From NCBI GenBank assembly GCA_002723035.1, contig PBNH01000021.1:1272-65271 (forward strand): a DNA stretch of 64,000 nucleotides. Direction: 5' to 3'. Below the pieces are notes generated by a model. It did no database searches. It had not been told where the DNA came from and saw only the letters and a program-made list of their open reading frames with translations. Origin of the DNA: Rhodobiaceae bacterium. GTDB taxonomy: Bacteria > Pseudomonadota > Alphaproteobacteria > MED-G09. How positions within the stretch are numbered: position 1 is the stretch's first letter; each line of letters opens with the position of its first letter. This document shows positions 21,079 through 30,317 of the stretch, in pieces. The translations under genes were made by a program, and so were the position numbers.

Positions 21079-22506
21079 ATGAATAGTAAAAAATTTATAG
21101 AGAGAAAAACAAAAATTCTTGCAACTTTAGGACCTTCCTCAAATACAATAAAAAAGATAGTTGAGCTTTCAAGGGCAGGTTCAAATGCATTTAGATTAAA
21201 TTGTTCTCACTTGAGCGAATTAGATTTACAAGAGTACATCAAAAAAATTAGAAGAGCCGAGAGTCTTATTAATAAACCGATTGGTATCCTTGTTGACCTT
21301 CAAGGCCCAAAAATAAGAATTGGTAATATTTCAAAAGATCAAAATCTTTTAAAAAAAGGCGATATTTTTATTTTAGATAATTTAAAAGAAATTGGTAATA
21401 ACAAAAGAGTTTACTTATCCAATAAAAAAATTTTCAAATCTGTAAAAAAAGGGCATCTTATACTAATTGATGATGGCAACATTCATTTAAAGATAATTAG
21501 CATTAAAGAAAATTTAATTAAGACTAAAGTCCTTCAAGGTGGAATTCTTAAATCTAATAAAGGCTTAAATTTGCCTCAATCTGATTTTAAAACCTCAGCT
21601 TTGTCTAATTCAGATAAAAAATTTATAAAAATTGCTTCAAATTTAGATGTTGATTGGATTGCTTTATCATTTGTTCAAAAACCTTCGGATATCAAAGAAT
21701 TAAAAAAACTTTGTAATAATAAGATATCAGTAATGGCTAAAATTGAGAAGCCATCAGCTTTAAAATATATCAATGAAATATGTGAAATTGCAGATGGTAT
21801 TATGATAGCAAGGGGTGACTTAGGTGTTGAACTTCCAATTGAAAGTATACCTGGTTGGCAAAAAAAAATTATAAGAACATCAAGAATTAGGGGAAAGCCT
21901 GTGGTGGTTTCAACACAAATGCTAGAGTCCATGACTTCGTCACTAAGACCAACAAGAGCAGAGGTTTCTGATGTTGCTAATGCTGTTTTTGAGGGTGCTG
22001 ATGCCGTTATGTTATCAGCAGAGTCGGCCTCTGGTAGCTATCCAGTTGAAACTGTTAAAATGATGCATAAAATTGCATATAGCACTGAAAATGAGGAAAA
22101 TTATAACAAAATTTTAGAAAATCAAATTGAACAAACACCAAATACTATTCCTGATGCTATTGCTTCAGCAGCAAAATCCCTTGCAGATGATTTATCCTCA
22201 CCTATTATTGTTTGCTATACAGAGTCAGGTTCTACAGGCATAAAAGTATCAAGAGTAAGACCCGCTCAAACTATTCTAACAATTACCCCAATTATTGAAA
22301 CAGCAAGAAAACTATCTTTAGCTTGGGGTGTTCTATGTTTTCTTCAAAAAGGAGAAAAAAATCTTGAAAAAATGATTGAGTCTACAGAGAGCACTGTTAA
22401 AAAGAGTGGGTTAGCAAATATAGGTGATAAAGTAGTAATTACAGCAGGTTTACCTCTAAAAGTTCAGGGAACAACAAATTTAATAAGGGTTACTAGTATA
22501 AAATAA
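21079..22506 (+). CDS. pyk: Pyruvate kinase
   Basis: TKILATLGP, DLQGPKIR, AKIEKP, IMIARGDLGVE, TQMLESM, PTRAEVSDVANA. Confidence 0.97.
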   Translation: MNSKKFIERKTKILATLGPSSNTIKKIVELSRAGSNAFRLNCSHLSELDLQEYIKKIRRAESLINKPIGILVDLQGPKIRIGNISKDQNLLKKGDIFILDNLKEIGNNKRVYLSNKKIFKSVKKGHLILIDDGNIHLKIISIKENLIKTKVLQGGILKSNKGLNLPQSDFKTSALSNSDKKFIKIASNLDVDWIALSFVQKPSDIKELKKLCNNKISVMAKIEKPSALKYINEICEIADGIMIARGDLGVELPIESIPGWQKKIIRTSRIRGKPVVVSTQMLESMTSSLRPTRAEVSDVANAVFEGADAVMLSAESASGSYPVETVKMMHKIAYSTENEENYNKILENQIEQTPNTIPDAIASAAKSLADDLSSPIIVCYTESGSTGIKVSRVRPAQTILTITPIIETARKLSLAWGVLCFLQKGEKNLEKMIESTESTVKKSGLANIGDKVVITAGLPLKVQGTTNLIRVTSIK

Positions 22507-22632
22507 TTAACCTTGTCTTGCTTTAAAGCGAGGATTGGTTTTATTAATAATATACATACGTCCTTTTCTTTTAGCTACACGATTATCTCTGTGTCTACCT
22601 TTAAGGGATTTTAAAGAATTTCTAACTTTCAT
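22507..22632 (-). CDS. rpmJ: 50S ribosomal protein L36, Cys-free (type B)
   Basis: Not in the ORF track (41 aa). Manual translation: [41 protein letters not shown]. Confidence 0.95.
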   Translation of the reverse strand: MKVRNSLKSLKGRHRDNRVAKRKGRMYIINKTNPRFKARQG

Positions 22633-22741
22633 AACATTTCCGAATTTTTGAAGAGAAGCTAAATTGATAACACAAATAAGTCAATATTAGTTAGAGTTTT
22701 TAATTAAAATTTAATAACATGCTTTTGATTATGAGTGAAAA

Positions 22742-23521
22742 ATGAAAAAGAAATATGATTATGCCCTTGTAAGCGGAGGATTTGATCCTGTGCATGTTGG
22801 ACATTTGAGAATGTTTCAAGATGCGAAAAAATTATCTGATAATGTTATTGTTCTTCTAAATAATGACGATTGGCTAATTAAAAAAAAGGGAAAACCTTTT
22901 ATGAGTCAAAAACAAAGAAAGGAAATTTTGGAGGAATTTGCGAGTATTACACAAGTGATAATTCAAAAATTCAGCGAAGAAAGTAGTAACTTTGCAATTG
23001 AAGAATTCGCTAAAAATAATAAAAAAAAGAGTATTTGTTATTGTAACGGGGGAGATAGAAATAACACAGATAATATAAGAGAGGCAGTTATCTGTAAAAA
23101 ACTTGGTATAGATCTTTTATTTGGCGTTGGCGGTGACGAAAAAATAGAAAGTAGCAGCAAGTTATCTAAAAATTATCTAGGTAATATTGAAGAAAAACCT
23201 TGGGGAAATTACCATATTATTGCTAAAAATACTGGTTATCAAATTAAAGAAATTAGAGTCTATGAAAATTCAAAATTATCCCTTCAAAAACATAAAAGTA
23301 GGTCGGAATTTTGGCAAATTATTAAAGGTAAATGTAAAATAATAATTGAAGAAAAACTATTTTATTTAAAAGAAAAAGATCACATATACATTCCAGAAAA
23401 TACAGTTCATAGAATTGAAAATATTGGAAAAGGAGAACTTATATTTTTGGAAATCCAACTCGGTAAAGATTTAAAGGAGGAAGATATTATTAGGTTAGAG
23501 GATGACTATGGTAGAGCCTAA
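22742..23521 (+). CDS. Cytidylyltransferase-like domain fused to a mannose-6-phosphate isomerase type II-like cupin
   Basis: SGGFDPVHVGH (HxGH), NGGDR and K..SSS, followed by KPWG.Y, LSLQKH..RSE.W, HRIEN, EIQ.G..L.EEDI.R.EDDYGR. Confidence 0.8.
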   Translation: MKKKYDYALVSGGFDPVHVGHLRMFQDAKKLSDNVIVLLNNDDWLIKKKGKPFMSQKQRKEILEEFASITQVIIQKFSEESSNFAIEEFAKNNKKKSICYCNGGDRNNTDNIREAVICKKLGIDLLFGVGGDEKIESSSKLSKNYLGNIEEKPWGNYHIIAKNTGYQIKEIRVYENSKLSLQKHKSRSEFWQIIKGKCKIIIEEKLFYLKEKDHIYIPENTVHRIENIGKGELIFLEIQLGKDLKEEDIIRLEDDYGRA

Positions 23522-24470
23522 TTTTTCAAAATATGTAAAGGCCCCTTACCTAGAACTTGATAATTATAGAGCCCCAAAAGGAATTGAATCATATTTTGTT
23601 TCTATGGATGATGGTATAAAATTAAGAGTATGCCACTGGAAAAATGATAATAAATTATCGAAAGGTACAATTTTATTGCAGCAAGGCCATAATGAATTTA
23701 TTGAAAAATACTTTGAAACTATTCAAGAATTTCTAGACAGAAAGTTTTCTGTTATTGCTTTTGATTGGAGAGGACAAGGTATGTCCGACCATCAACTTGA
23801 AGATATTCATAAATCTTATATTGAAGACTATAGTAGGCATGACAGAGATTTAAAATATATTTTAGAAGAAATTGTTGAAAAAAATTTTCCCAAACCACTT
23901 ATTGGAATTGGTCACTCTATGGGCGGATGCTTAATGCTATCAGCATTTCACGATCATCCAAATAGATTTTCAAAAGGTATATTATCTGCGCCAATGTTAG
24001 GATTTAGAAATGAAAAATTCCTAAAAACAGCATCCTCAATAATGAATTTTTTTAAAAGAGACACTGATTATCTTCTAGGTTCAAAGCCAAATATGGGTAG
24101 AGAGACCCCTTTTGAAGAGAATGATCTCACAAGCGACCCTCAAAGATATAATCGAATAATTAACCTGGTTAGAAAACATCCAGAAATAAGATTGTGGGGA
24201 GTTACAAATTCATTTGCCAAGGCGGTAAATAAAAGATTTAAATTAATGCGTTCAAAGAATTGGGCTGAAAAAATAAAATTAGATATACTTATCATTAATA
24301 GTCTTGATGATAGCGTTGTTGACCCAAGTAAAACTAGAAAAATGTCTGATAGAATTCAAAATTCAAAAATTTTAGATTTTAAAGGTTGTATGCATGAAAT
24401 ATTCATGGAAAAAGATTTACATAGGACTACAATGTGGAAAGGAATAGATAACTTCCTTATAAATATCTAA
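23502..24470 (+). CDS. Alpha/beta hydrolase, lysophospholipase L2 (PldB)-like
   Basis: G..EFIEKY, FDWRGQG.S, GHSMGG nucleophile elbow, HEIFME. Confidence 0.85.
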   Translation: MTMVEPNFSKYVKAPYLELDNYRAPKGIESYFVSMDDGIKLRVCHWKNDNKLSKGTILLQQGHNEFIEKYFETIQEFLDRKFSVIAFDWRGQGMSDHQLEDIHKSYIEDYSRHDRDLKYILEEIVEKNFPKPLIGIGHSMGGCLMLSAFHDHPNRFSKGILSAPMLGFRNEKFLKTASSIMNFFKRDTDYLLGSKPNMGRETPFEENDLTSDPQRYNRIINLVRKHPEIRLWGVTNSFAKAVNKRFKLMRSKNWAEKIKLDILIINSLDDSVVDPSKTRKMSDRIQNSKILDFKGCMHEIFMEKDLHRTTMWKGIDNFLINI

Positions 24471-24476
24471 TAATCC

Positions 24477-25742
24477 TTAAATTGGTACTAAATCGAAAGC
24501 TATACTTATTCGATTTGAATTATTTTTAATTGGGATGGTCGAATGAAAAAGTGAGGAAGGAAAAAGTAGGATATCACCTGTCCTAGGGCCCAACCTTATT
24601 TCTGGGTATTTTTTATCCTCTTCTGGGTAATTGCCCCCGTGTAAACTGAATACTATATCGCCCTCTCCAGATATAATATTTTTTGGCATATCCAGATAAA
24701 TACTTCCACTTAGCCATCCATTTTCATGAATATGAGAGTCGAGATGACCTTCACTTTGAATTTTAATAACCCACCCATTTATAGAAAAATTCTCTGGAAA
24801 AAAATTAATCATATCGCAACCATCTCTAAAACTTTTTTTATAGATCTTTATCTCACTTTTAATAATTTCTAGGAGGGATTGGATACTTTTATTATTTCTT
24901 AGAAATAAATTACCAGAAGTCTGCTTACCATTTTTAAGCAGTTTTTGTTTTTTATAAATATTTGAATCTTTATTTATAATAATTAACAAATCATCTATTA
25001 AAGATTTATTTAAAAAATCATTTTGTAGTAAATTTTTTTTATAAATAAAATTCAGAGGATCTTTGCAAAAACTATAATTATCTATTTGATTATACCTAAT
25101 AGAAGCATGTGAACTTAAAGAGGCAATTTTTGGAGATAGAATAGATTGGTTAATAGCTATGTTTAACTTAGTAAAAAAATTATCTCTATCGTTCAAAAAA
25201 TATAAACATTCTAGTTGATCAGCCAAACTAGAATTATCTTTTATTTCTTGAAAAAGATTTAGCGCCTTTTTATATGATTTATTTTTTTTGTATATTAATG
25301 CAAGAAGATTCTTAGCATCGAAGAAATTTTTATCTAAATTTTTTGCCTTTTCCAATAAAAAAATAGCTTTTTTAAAATTATTCTCTCTCTCATAAACTTG
25401 ACTTAGGCCAAAAAGCGAAAAAACAAAATCTTGGTCAAGTTCAAGGCTTTTTTTGTACATAGTTTTTGCAGCATCATTCAGTCCTGTATTAAATAATAAT
25501 TCTCCATAAACACTATAGAAATACGGATTTTTAGGTTCTAAATTTATTAATTTTATAATCGACTTTTCAGCATCAGCAAACTTCATAAGTCGTCTACAGA
25601 CAATTGAATACAAAAGTAAGGCATCTGTATTTTCACTATTTTTCTCAAGGAATTTCTCTAAGGAAGTTTCTAAATCATTATATTTCTTATTTTTAAAAAG
25701 TAATTTAAATTCTTTAAATAGATCTTTACCTTTATAGTTCAT
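24477..25742 (-). CDS. TPR-repeat protein with C-terminal putative 2OG-Fe(II) oxygenase domain
   Basis: N-terminal TPR helices; C-terminal SHIHENGWLSGSIYL...LFPSSLFHST...RISIAFD. Confidence 0.8.
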   Translation of the reverse strand: MNYKGKDLFKEFKLLFKNKKYNDLETSLEKFLEKNSENTDALLLYSIVCRRLMKFADAEKSIIKLINLEPKNPYFYSVYGELLFNTGLNDAAKTMYKKSLELDQDFVFSLFGLSQVYERENNFKKAIFLLEKAKNLDKNFFDAKNLLALIYKKNKSYKKALNLFQEIKDNSSLADQLECLYFLNDRDNFFTKLNIAINQSILSPKIASLSSHASIRYNQIDNYSFCKDPLNFIYKKNLLQNDFLNKSLIDDLLIIINKDSNIYKKQKLLKNGKQTSGNLFLRNNKSIQSLLEIIKSEIKIYKKSFRDGCDMINFFPENFSINGWVIKIQSEGHLDSHIHENGWLSGSIYLDMPKNIISGEGDIVFSLHGGNYPEEDKKYPEIRLGPRTGDILLFPSSLFHSTIPIKNNSNRISIAFDLVPI

Positions 25743-25768
25743 TTTCTTTGATTACCTATCGATACAAT

Positions 25769-27043
25769 TTATTCAATGGGAATTATATCGAATGCAAGCG
25801 TTATTCTTTGTTCCTTTAATTCAAATGGAACAGTCCCATGAAATATAGAAGATGGGAATAAGACCATATCACCTTTATTAACATCAACTACCCTTTGCTC
25901 ATAAAATTTTCCATCAGTAGGATAATTTGATCCATGCTTACTGAAAACAATATCGCCATCGTGTTTATCTAATTTTTCAGGCCTTTTAAGATAAAGACTT
26001 CCACTCATCCAACCTTCTTTATGCATATGAAAACCAAGTGATCCCCCCTCACTCATTACTATTAACCATCCATAAAGAAAAAAATCTTTAGGCCAATGTG
26101 TTATAAAATCTGATTTTTTTGAGGCCATTTTCTCTTTATAGACATCAATTTTACGCATAATTATTTTTTTTAATTTTTGAATAGGCTCCTCTTCAATTAG
26201 AAAAATATTACCGGTAGATTGAACTCCATTTTTAAGCAAAGATTGGGCTTTAGTAGAAATTTTTAACCGATTAAAGCAATTTAAAAGATCTTTAACAAGA
26301 GACTCATTATATTCGTTTACTTTATAAAGATTGGTTTTTTGAATAAAAGAAAAAGTATCATTGCAAAAATTATAATTATCTTTTTTATCAAATCTTATAG
26401 CAGCATGAGCACTCAATGTTGCCGCTAAAGGATGAGGAGATGATGTTGAAGAGAACTCATCGAGTTTTTTATAAAAATTTTCGTAATCTCCCAACATATA
26501 ATAGCATTCCAACTGTTGGCACTTAGATAATTTTTTTGATGAAAAATCGTAATATTTTGCGGCCTCAGAGTAATTCTCTAATGCTCTATAAGCATTTGCT
26601 AATGTTATATATATAGCCTCTTCCTTTGGATTAATACTAAGAGCTTTTTTATAATAATTTATTGCTTCTTCATTATTACCTTTATTTGAATAAATAACTC
26701 CAATCTGGTTGAGTGAGTTCCAATTTTTTGAATTCAATTTTACAGCATGTTCATGACACTGCAGAGCTTGTTCAACCTTACCTATATCAAAAAAGAAATT
26801 ACCAGCGTTTGAATAAATAAAATCTTTTTTTGGATTTAAATTTACCAAGTGCGTAAAGACTTCTACTGCTTTATTTGTATTACCAAGATTTTTATATGCA
26901 ACAGCAAGAGAATTTAAGGCATCAAAATTTTTTTCATCTTTTTCAAGAATAAATGATGAAGCAGTTTTTAATTCCTCATAATTCTTATTCCTAAAGAAAA
27001 CTGGTAAATCATCTAAACTATATTTTTTAGAACTTTTTATCAT
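25769..27043 (-). CDS. TPR-repeat protein with C-terminal putative 2OG-Fe(II) oxygenase domain (paralog of the adjacent gene)
   Basis: TPRs; FHMHKEGWMSGSLYL...LFPSSIFHGT...RITLAFD. Confidence 0.8.
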   Translation of the reverse strand: MIKSSKKYSLDDLPVFFRNKNYEELKTASSFILEKDEKNFDALNSLAVAYKNLGNTNKAVEVFTHLVNLNPKKDFIYSNAGNFFFDIGKVEQALQCHEHAVKLNSKNWNSLNQIGVIYSNKGNNEEAINYYKKALSINPKEEAIYITLANAYRALENYSEAAKYYDFSSKKLSKCQQLECYYMLGDYENFYKKLDEFSSTSSPHPLAATLSAHAAIRFDKKDNYNFCNDTFSFIQKTNLYKVNEYNESLVKDLLNCFNRLKISTKAQSLLKNGVQSTGNIFLIEEEPIQKLKKIIMRKIDVYKEKMASKKSDFITHWPKDFFLYGWLIVMSEGGSLGFHMHKEGWMSGSLYLKRPEKLDKHDGDIVFSKHGSNYPTDGKFYEQRVVDVNKGDMVLFPSSIFHGTVPFELKEQRITLAFDIIPIE

Positions 27044-27153
27044 TTTATCGAACCATATAGTTTAAAAAAATTAAATTTAATATAATTATTTGTTTATATC
27101 TATTATTATCATATATAAAATTAACTTATAACTTTATAATAATCATTAAAGTT

Positions 27154-27228
27154 GGGCGCGTAGCTCAGCGGTAGAGCACTACGGTGACATCGTAGGGGTC
27201 GCTGGTTCAAACCCAGCCGCGCCCACCA
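27154..27228 (+). tRNA. tRNA-Val(GAC)
   Basis: Acceptor stem GGGCGCG/CGCGCCC, D-arm TAGCTCAGCGGTAGAGC, anticodon stem CTACG/CGTAG with loop GT-GAC-AT, T-loop GGTTCAAAC, encoded CCA. Confidence 0.96.
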
Positions 27229-27250
27229 TTAATAGGATATTAGTAAAAAA

Positions 27251-27904
27251 ATGGAAAAGAGTAACTATAAAAAACTATCGAAAGAAATTGAAAATATTAG
27301 AAAAAATTCAACCATTTCAGAATTTCCAGAGAATCTTATTAATCTTGAAAAGAAATTTCCAAACAACACACTTATTCTACAGACCATAAGTAAAGCTTTT
27401 CTGAATGTTGGAGAAAATACAAAAGCATTGGATTACCTATTAAAAGCAAAAGAGGAGGAGCCAGATAATTTTTCTATCTACTTTAATTTAGGAATCTTGT
27501 TCAAAAAATTTAAAAAAGATGATGAAGCCATAATTAATTTTCAAAAATCCATATTCCTTAACAAAAATTTTGTACAAAGCTTAAATATACTAGCTGATAT
27601 CTATATTAATAAGGGAGAATTGACAAAAGCCTTAGAATGCCTAAAAAAGTCAGTAAAACTAGATATGTCAAAAAAAAATATTAAAGCAATTAATAGCTTG
27701 GGAATGGTTATTACAAGTATTTTCTTAAAAGATAAAGATGTTGAAAAATTACGTGAAGCAAAAAAATATTTTGAAAAGACTTATGAATTAGACAAGGATA
27801 ATGATATTTTTTACAATCAATTGATAAATTTTTATCATTTATCAGGAATGAAAAATGAAGCAATTTATCATTCGAAAAATAGGACTGGTGTTTTCATAAT
27901 TTAA
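27251..27904 (+). CDS. TPR-repeat protein
   Basis: Repeated YFNLG..F......EA...F.K.I.L-type helices; no catalytic domain seen. Confidence 0.75.
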   Translation: MEKSNYKKLSKEIENIRKNSTISEFPENLINLEKKFPNNTLILQTISKAFLNVGENTKALDYLLKAKEEEPDNFSIYFNLGILFKKFKKDDEAIINFQKSIFLNKNFVQSLNILADIYINKGELTKALECLKKSVKLDMSKKNIKAINSLGMVITSIFLKDKDVEKLREAKKYFEKTYELDKDNDIFYNQLINFYHLSGMKNEAIYHSKNRTGVFII

Positions 27905-27946
27905 AAAAAATGAATTAATTATGATTAATGGATTGTAAATTTTATC

Positions 27947-28561
27947 ATGGAAAAAATTGATATAAAAAATAGCGATATAAAAAATTTTATTGGATCATGG
28001 AAATTTGATAACGATGATTTAATAAATCAAACAATAAGTTTTTTTAATAAAAATCATGAACGACAAAATCCAAGTTTAGATTTAAAAGGTAAAATTAATA
28101 AAAAAGAAAAGGATTTCATAGAATTAATTATTACACCAAATGAAATTAAAGAGAAGAAACTAGAATTTTTTTCTGCCTATGTTGGTATTTTAAAAGCATG
28201 CTTTAAAGAATATAAAAAAAATTGGAATTTTCTCCAAAGTTGGAAAAAAATGTATTTAGGAGAATTCAAAATTGAGAAACATTTAATTGCTGGGCATCAC
28301 CTTGCATACCACTGTGATATAAATAACATTAACTCATCTCATAAGATTTTTTCATGGGCAATATATTTAAATGATTTTCATGAAGATGAGGGAAGTATTG
28401 ATTTTTTATATCAAGGTCTTTCAATCAGGCCAAAAAAAGGTTCTATTATTATTTTTCCTTCTGATTGGACCCATATCAACAGAGAGAATAAAATGAAAAA
28501 AAACGAAAAATTAGTATTAAGAGGGTGTTTTCATTTTCCGGATACTTTGAATGAGGGTTAA
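27947..28561 (+). CDS. Prolyl-4-hydroxylase-like 2OG-Fe(II) oxygenase (possibly degenerate)
   Basis: YHCD, SWAIYLND, G.I.F.YQ...I.PKKG..IIFPSDWTH. Confidence 0.7.
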   Translation: MEKIDIKNSDIKNFIGSWKFDNDDLINQTISFFNKNHERQNPSLDLKGKINKKEKDFIELIITPNEIKEKKLEFFSAYVGILKACFKEYKKNWNFLQSWKKMYLGEFKIEKHLIAGHHLAYHCDINNINSSHKIFSWAIYLNDFHEDEGSIDFLYQGLSIRPKKGSIIIFPSDWTHINRENKMKKNEKLVLRGCFHFPDTLNEG

Positions 28562-28697
28562 TGGACCTATTTATATTAGAACTTTTATAAGTAAAAAAAC
28601 TAATAACACACGAATCAAATTACTCTAGCCTTGAAAAATTTTAATTAATAACCAATTAAATAAAAATCAATATTTTTAATCAACGGAGGTGGATAAA

Positions 28698-28952
28698 ATG
28701 TTATTAGAAGGATTAGGAAAAGTTTCTTTTGTTAATGGTGTTTTAAGAATACAAGCATTAGCAATTGCTGCAGATGGAACTATGAAAGAGTCAGGAAGTA
28801 TAGAAATTCCTGGAAATATGGTTGCCGATGTCATCAATGGACTAAGCGCAGGTGCGACTGGCATATCTGAAAAATTAAATGAAAGCGCCCCATCTAATAA
28901 AAATGATAAATCTAGCAAAAAAGAAAAATCATCTAAAAATAAAAAGAAATAG
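28698..28952 (+). CDS. Small hypothetical protein leading the T1SS operon
   Basis: GGAGGT SD then ATG at 28698 (the ORF track starts at GTG 28689); stop lies 3 bp before the tolC-like ATG; beta-rich core and Lys-rich tail. Confidence 0.7.
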   Translation: MLLEGLGKVSFVNGVLRIQALAIAADGTMKESGSIEIPGNMVADVINGLSAGATGISEKLNESAPSNKNDKSSKKEKSSKNKKK

Positions 28953-28955
28953 TTA

Positions 28956-30317
28956 ATGAATAAAACTTTATTACATTCACTATACGTAATAAAAATAACT
29001 TTTATTGCTGCTCTGATAATACTGCCAGTTCATGCAAAAGATAGTATTGAAAATTCTATTGTAGAAAATTCACAATTATCATTTTCAAAAATTATCATGA
29101 AAACAAAAACAATTGGTGAAGATGATTACTTTGATTTCATTCGGAGTAGCATTATTGAACAACCAGAATTTTTATATGCAAACTCTAATTATACTGAAAA
29201 AAGGGAGTCTTTAAAATTTGCCAAAAGACAAAGATGGCCAGAATTATCAACTAGAATAATTAATGATCAAGTCCTAGAGAGAGATGTTAGTGAGCAAAAT
29301 TCTCTTAGAAAGAGACAAGATGATAGTTTTGATGCCGCTATAGAATTATCACAACCAATTTACTCTGGTGGAACTATTAATGCACAAATAAGAAAATCAA
29401 TTACAGATAAAAACTTATCCGAGGTTGAAAGAGAAAATGCATTATCAATACTTATTTTAGACGCTAACAGAATTTATCTAAATGCTGTAAAATCATACAC
29501 AATGTTTAATTATGCTGATAAAATTGTTGAGGAAATTCAACCTTATCTTAATAAAGTAAAAGAAAGAGTAAATTTAGGAATTTCTGATCCAATTGAGTTA
29601 GCTTTATTTTCAATTAAATACAACTCTCTTAAATCAAAAACACAAATTCTCAAAACAGAGATGAACAGAGATATTGGTATATTTGAATATTTCTTTGGCA
29701 AGAAATTTAATTCTATTTATTTTCCTAATATTTTTGTTCCCGAAATTGAAATGGATAGAAAAAATGAGGCCTATGAGGTTAAAGCTTCAAAACTAAGTTT
29801 TGAGGGATCAAAAGAAGACACAAACATCGTAAGAGGTGAGTTTAGACCAAAATTTGGTTTTAATACCAGATACACGATTTATGATTTAAAAGATAATGAT
29901 AATGATACAGATATTAGAGGTGGTATTTTCTTTTCCATGCCAATATTTACTTTTGGAAGGTCAACTGCAAAAATTGCTGCATCAAAGGCAAAAGAAAATG
30001 CACTTGAAATGTCAATCGATGTTGAGAGAAAAAATGATGATGTTGCAGAAAATGAAGTTGTAAACCTTGTTAAAAGTGCTTTTAATACAAGAGAAGATAT
30101 TATTAATTCACTTAATGATACAAAAAATCAAAGGAGGATTATAAAAAATAGACTCGATTCTACAAACTTTTCACCAGAGAGTTTTGTTACAAGTAGTATT
30201 GAGGAGATTGATTTACTGAATCAAGCTTTATCGATAGAAATGAATATGCTGCATGGGTATTTTACTTTTCTTCACCAAAATCAGTCTCTAACCTCACATT
30301 TAAGGATTAAACCATGA
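28956..30317 (+). CDS. TolC family outer membrane protein (T1SS)
   Basis: Signal peptide ending VHA, LSQPIYSGG and FSMPIFTFG repeat halves; operon with ABC and MFP genes. Confidence 0.85.
   Translation: MNKTLLHSLYVIKITFIAALIILPVHAKDSIENSIVENSQLSFSKIIMKTKTIGEDDYFDFIRSSIIEQPEFLYANSNYTEKRESLKFAKRQRWPELSTRIINDQVLERDVSEQNSLRKRQDDSFDAAIELSQPIYSGGTINAQIRKSITDKNLSEVERENALSILILDANRIYLNAVKSYTMFNYADKIVEEIQPYLNKVKERVNLGISDPIELALFSIKYNSLKSKTQILKTEMNRDIGIFEYFFGKKFNSIYFPNIFVPEIEMDRKNEAYEVKASKLSFEGSKEDTNIVRGEFRPKFGFNTRYTIYDLKDNDNDTDIRGGIFFSMPIFTFGRSTAKIAASKAKENALEMSIDVERKNDDVAENEVVNLVKSAFNTREDIINSLNDTKNQRRIIKNRLDSTNFSPESFVTSSIEEIDLLNQALSIEMNMLHGYFTFLHQNQSLTSHLRIKP

Noticed and set aside
28676..28918. 80-aa minus-strand ORF
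   Set aside because: Antisense to the plus-strand small gene, which has a strong SD and operon coupling to tolC
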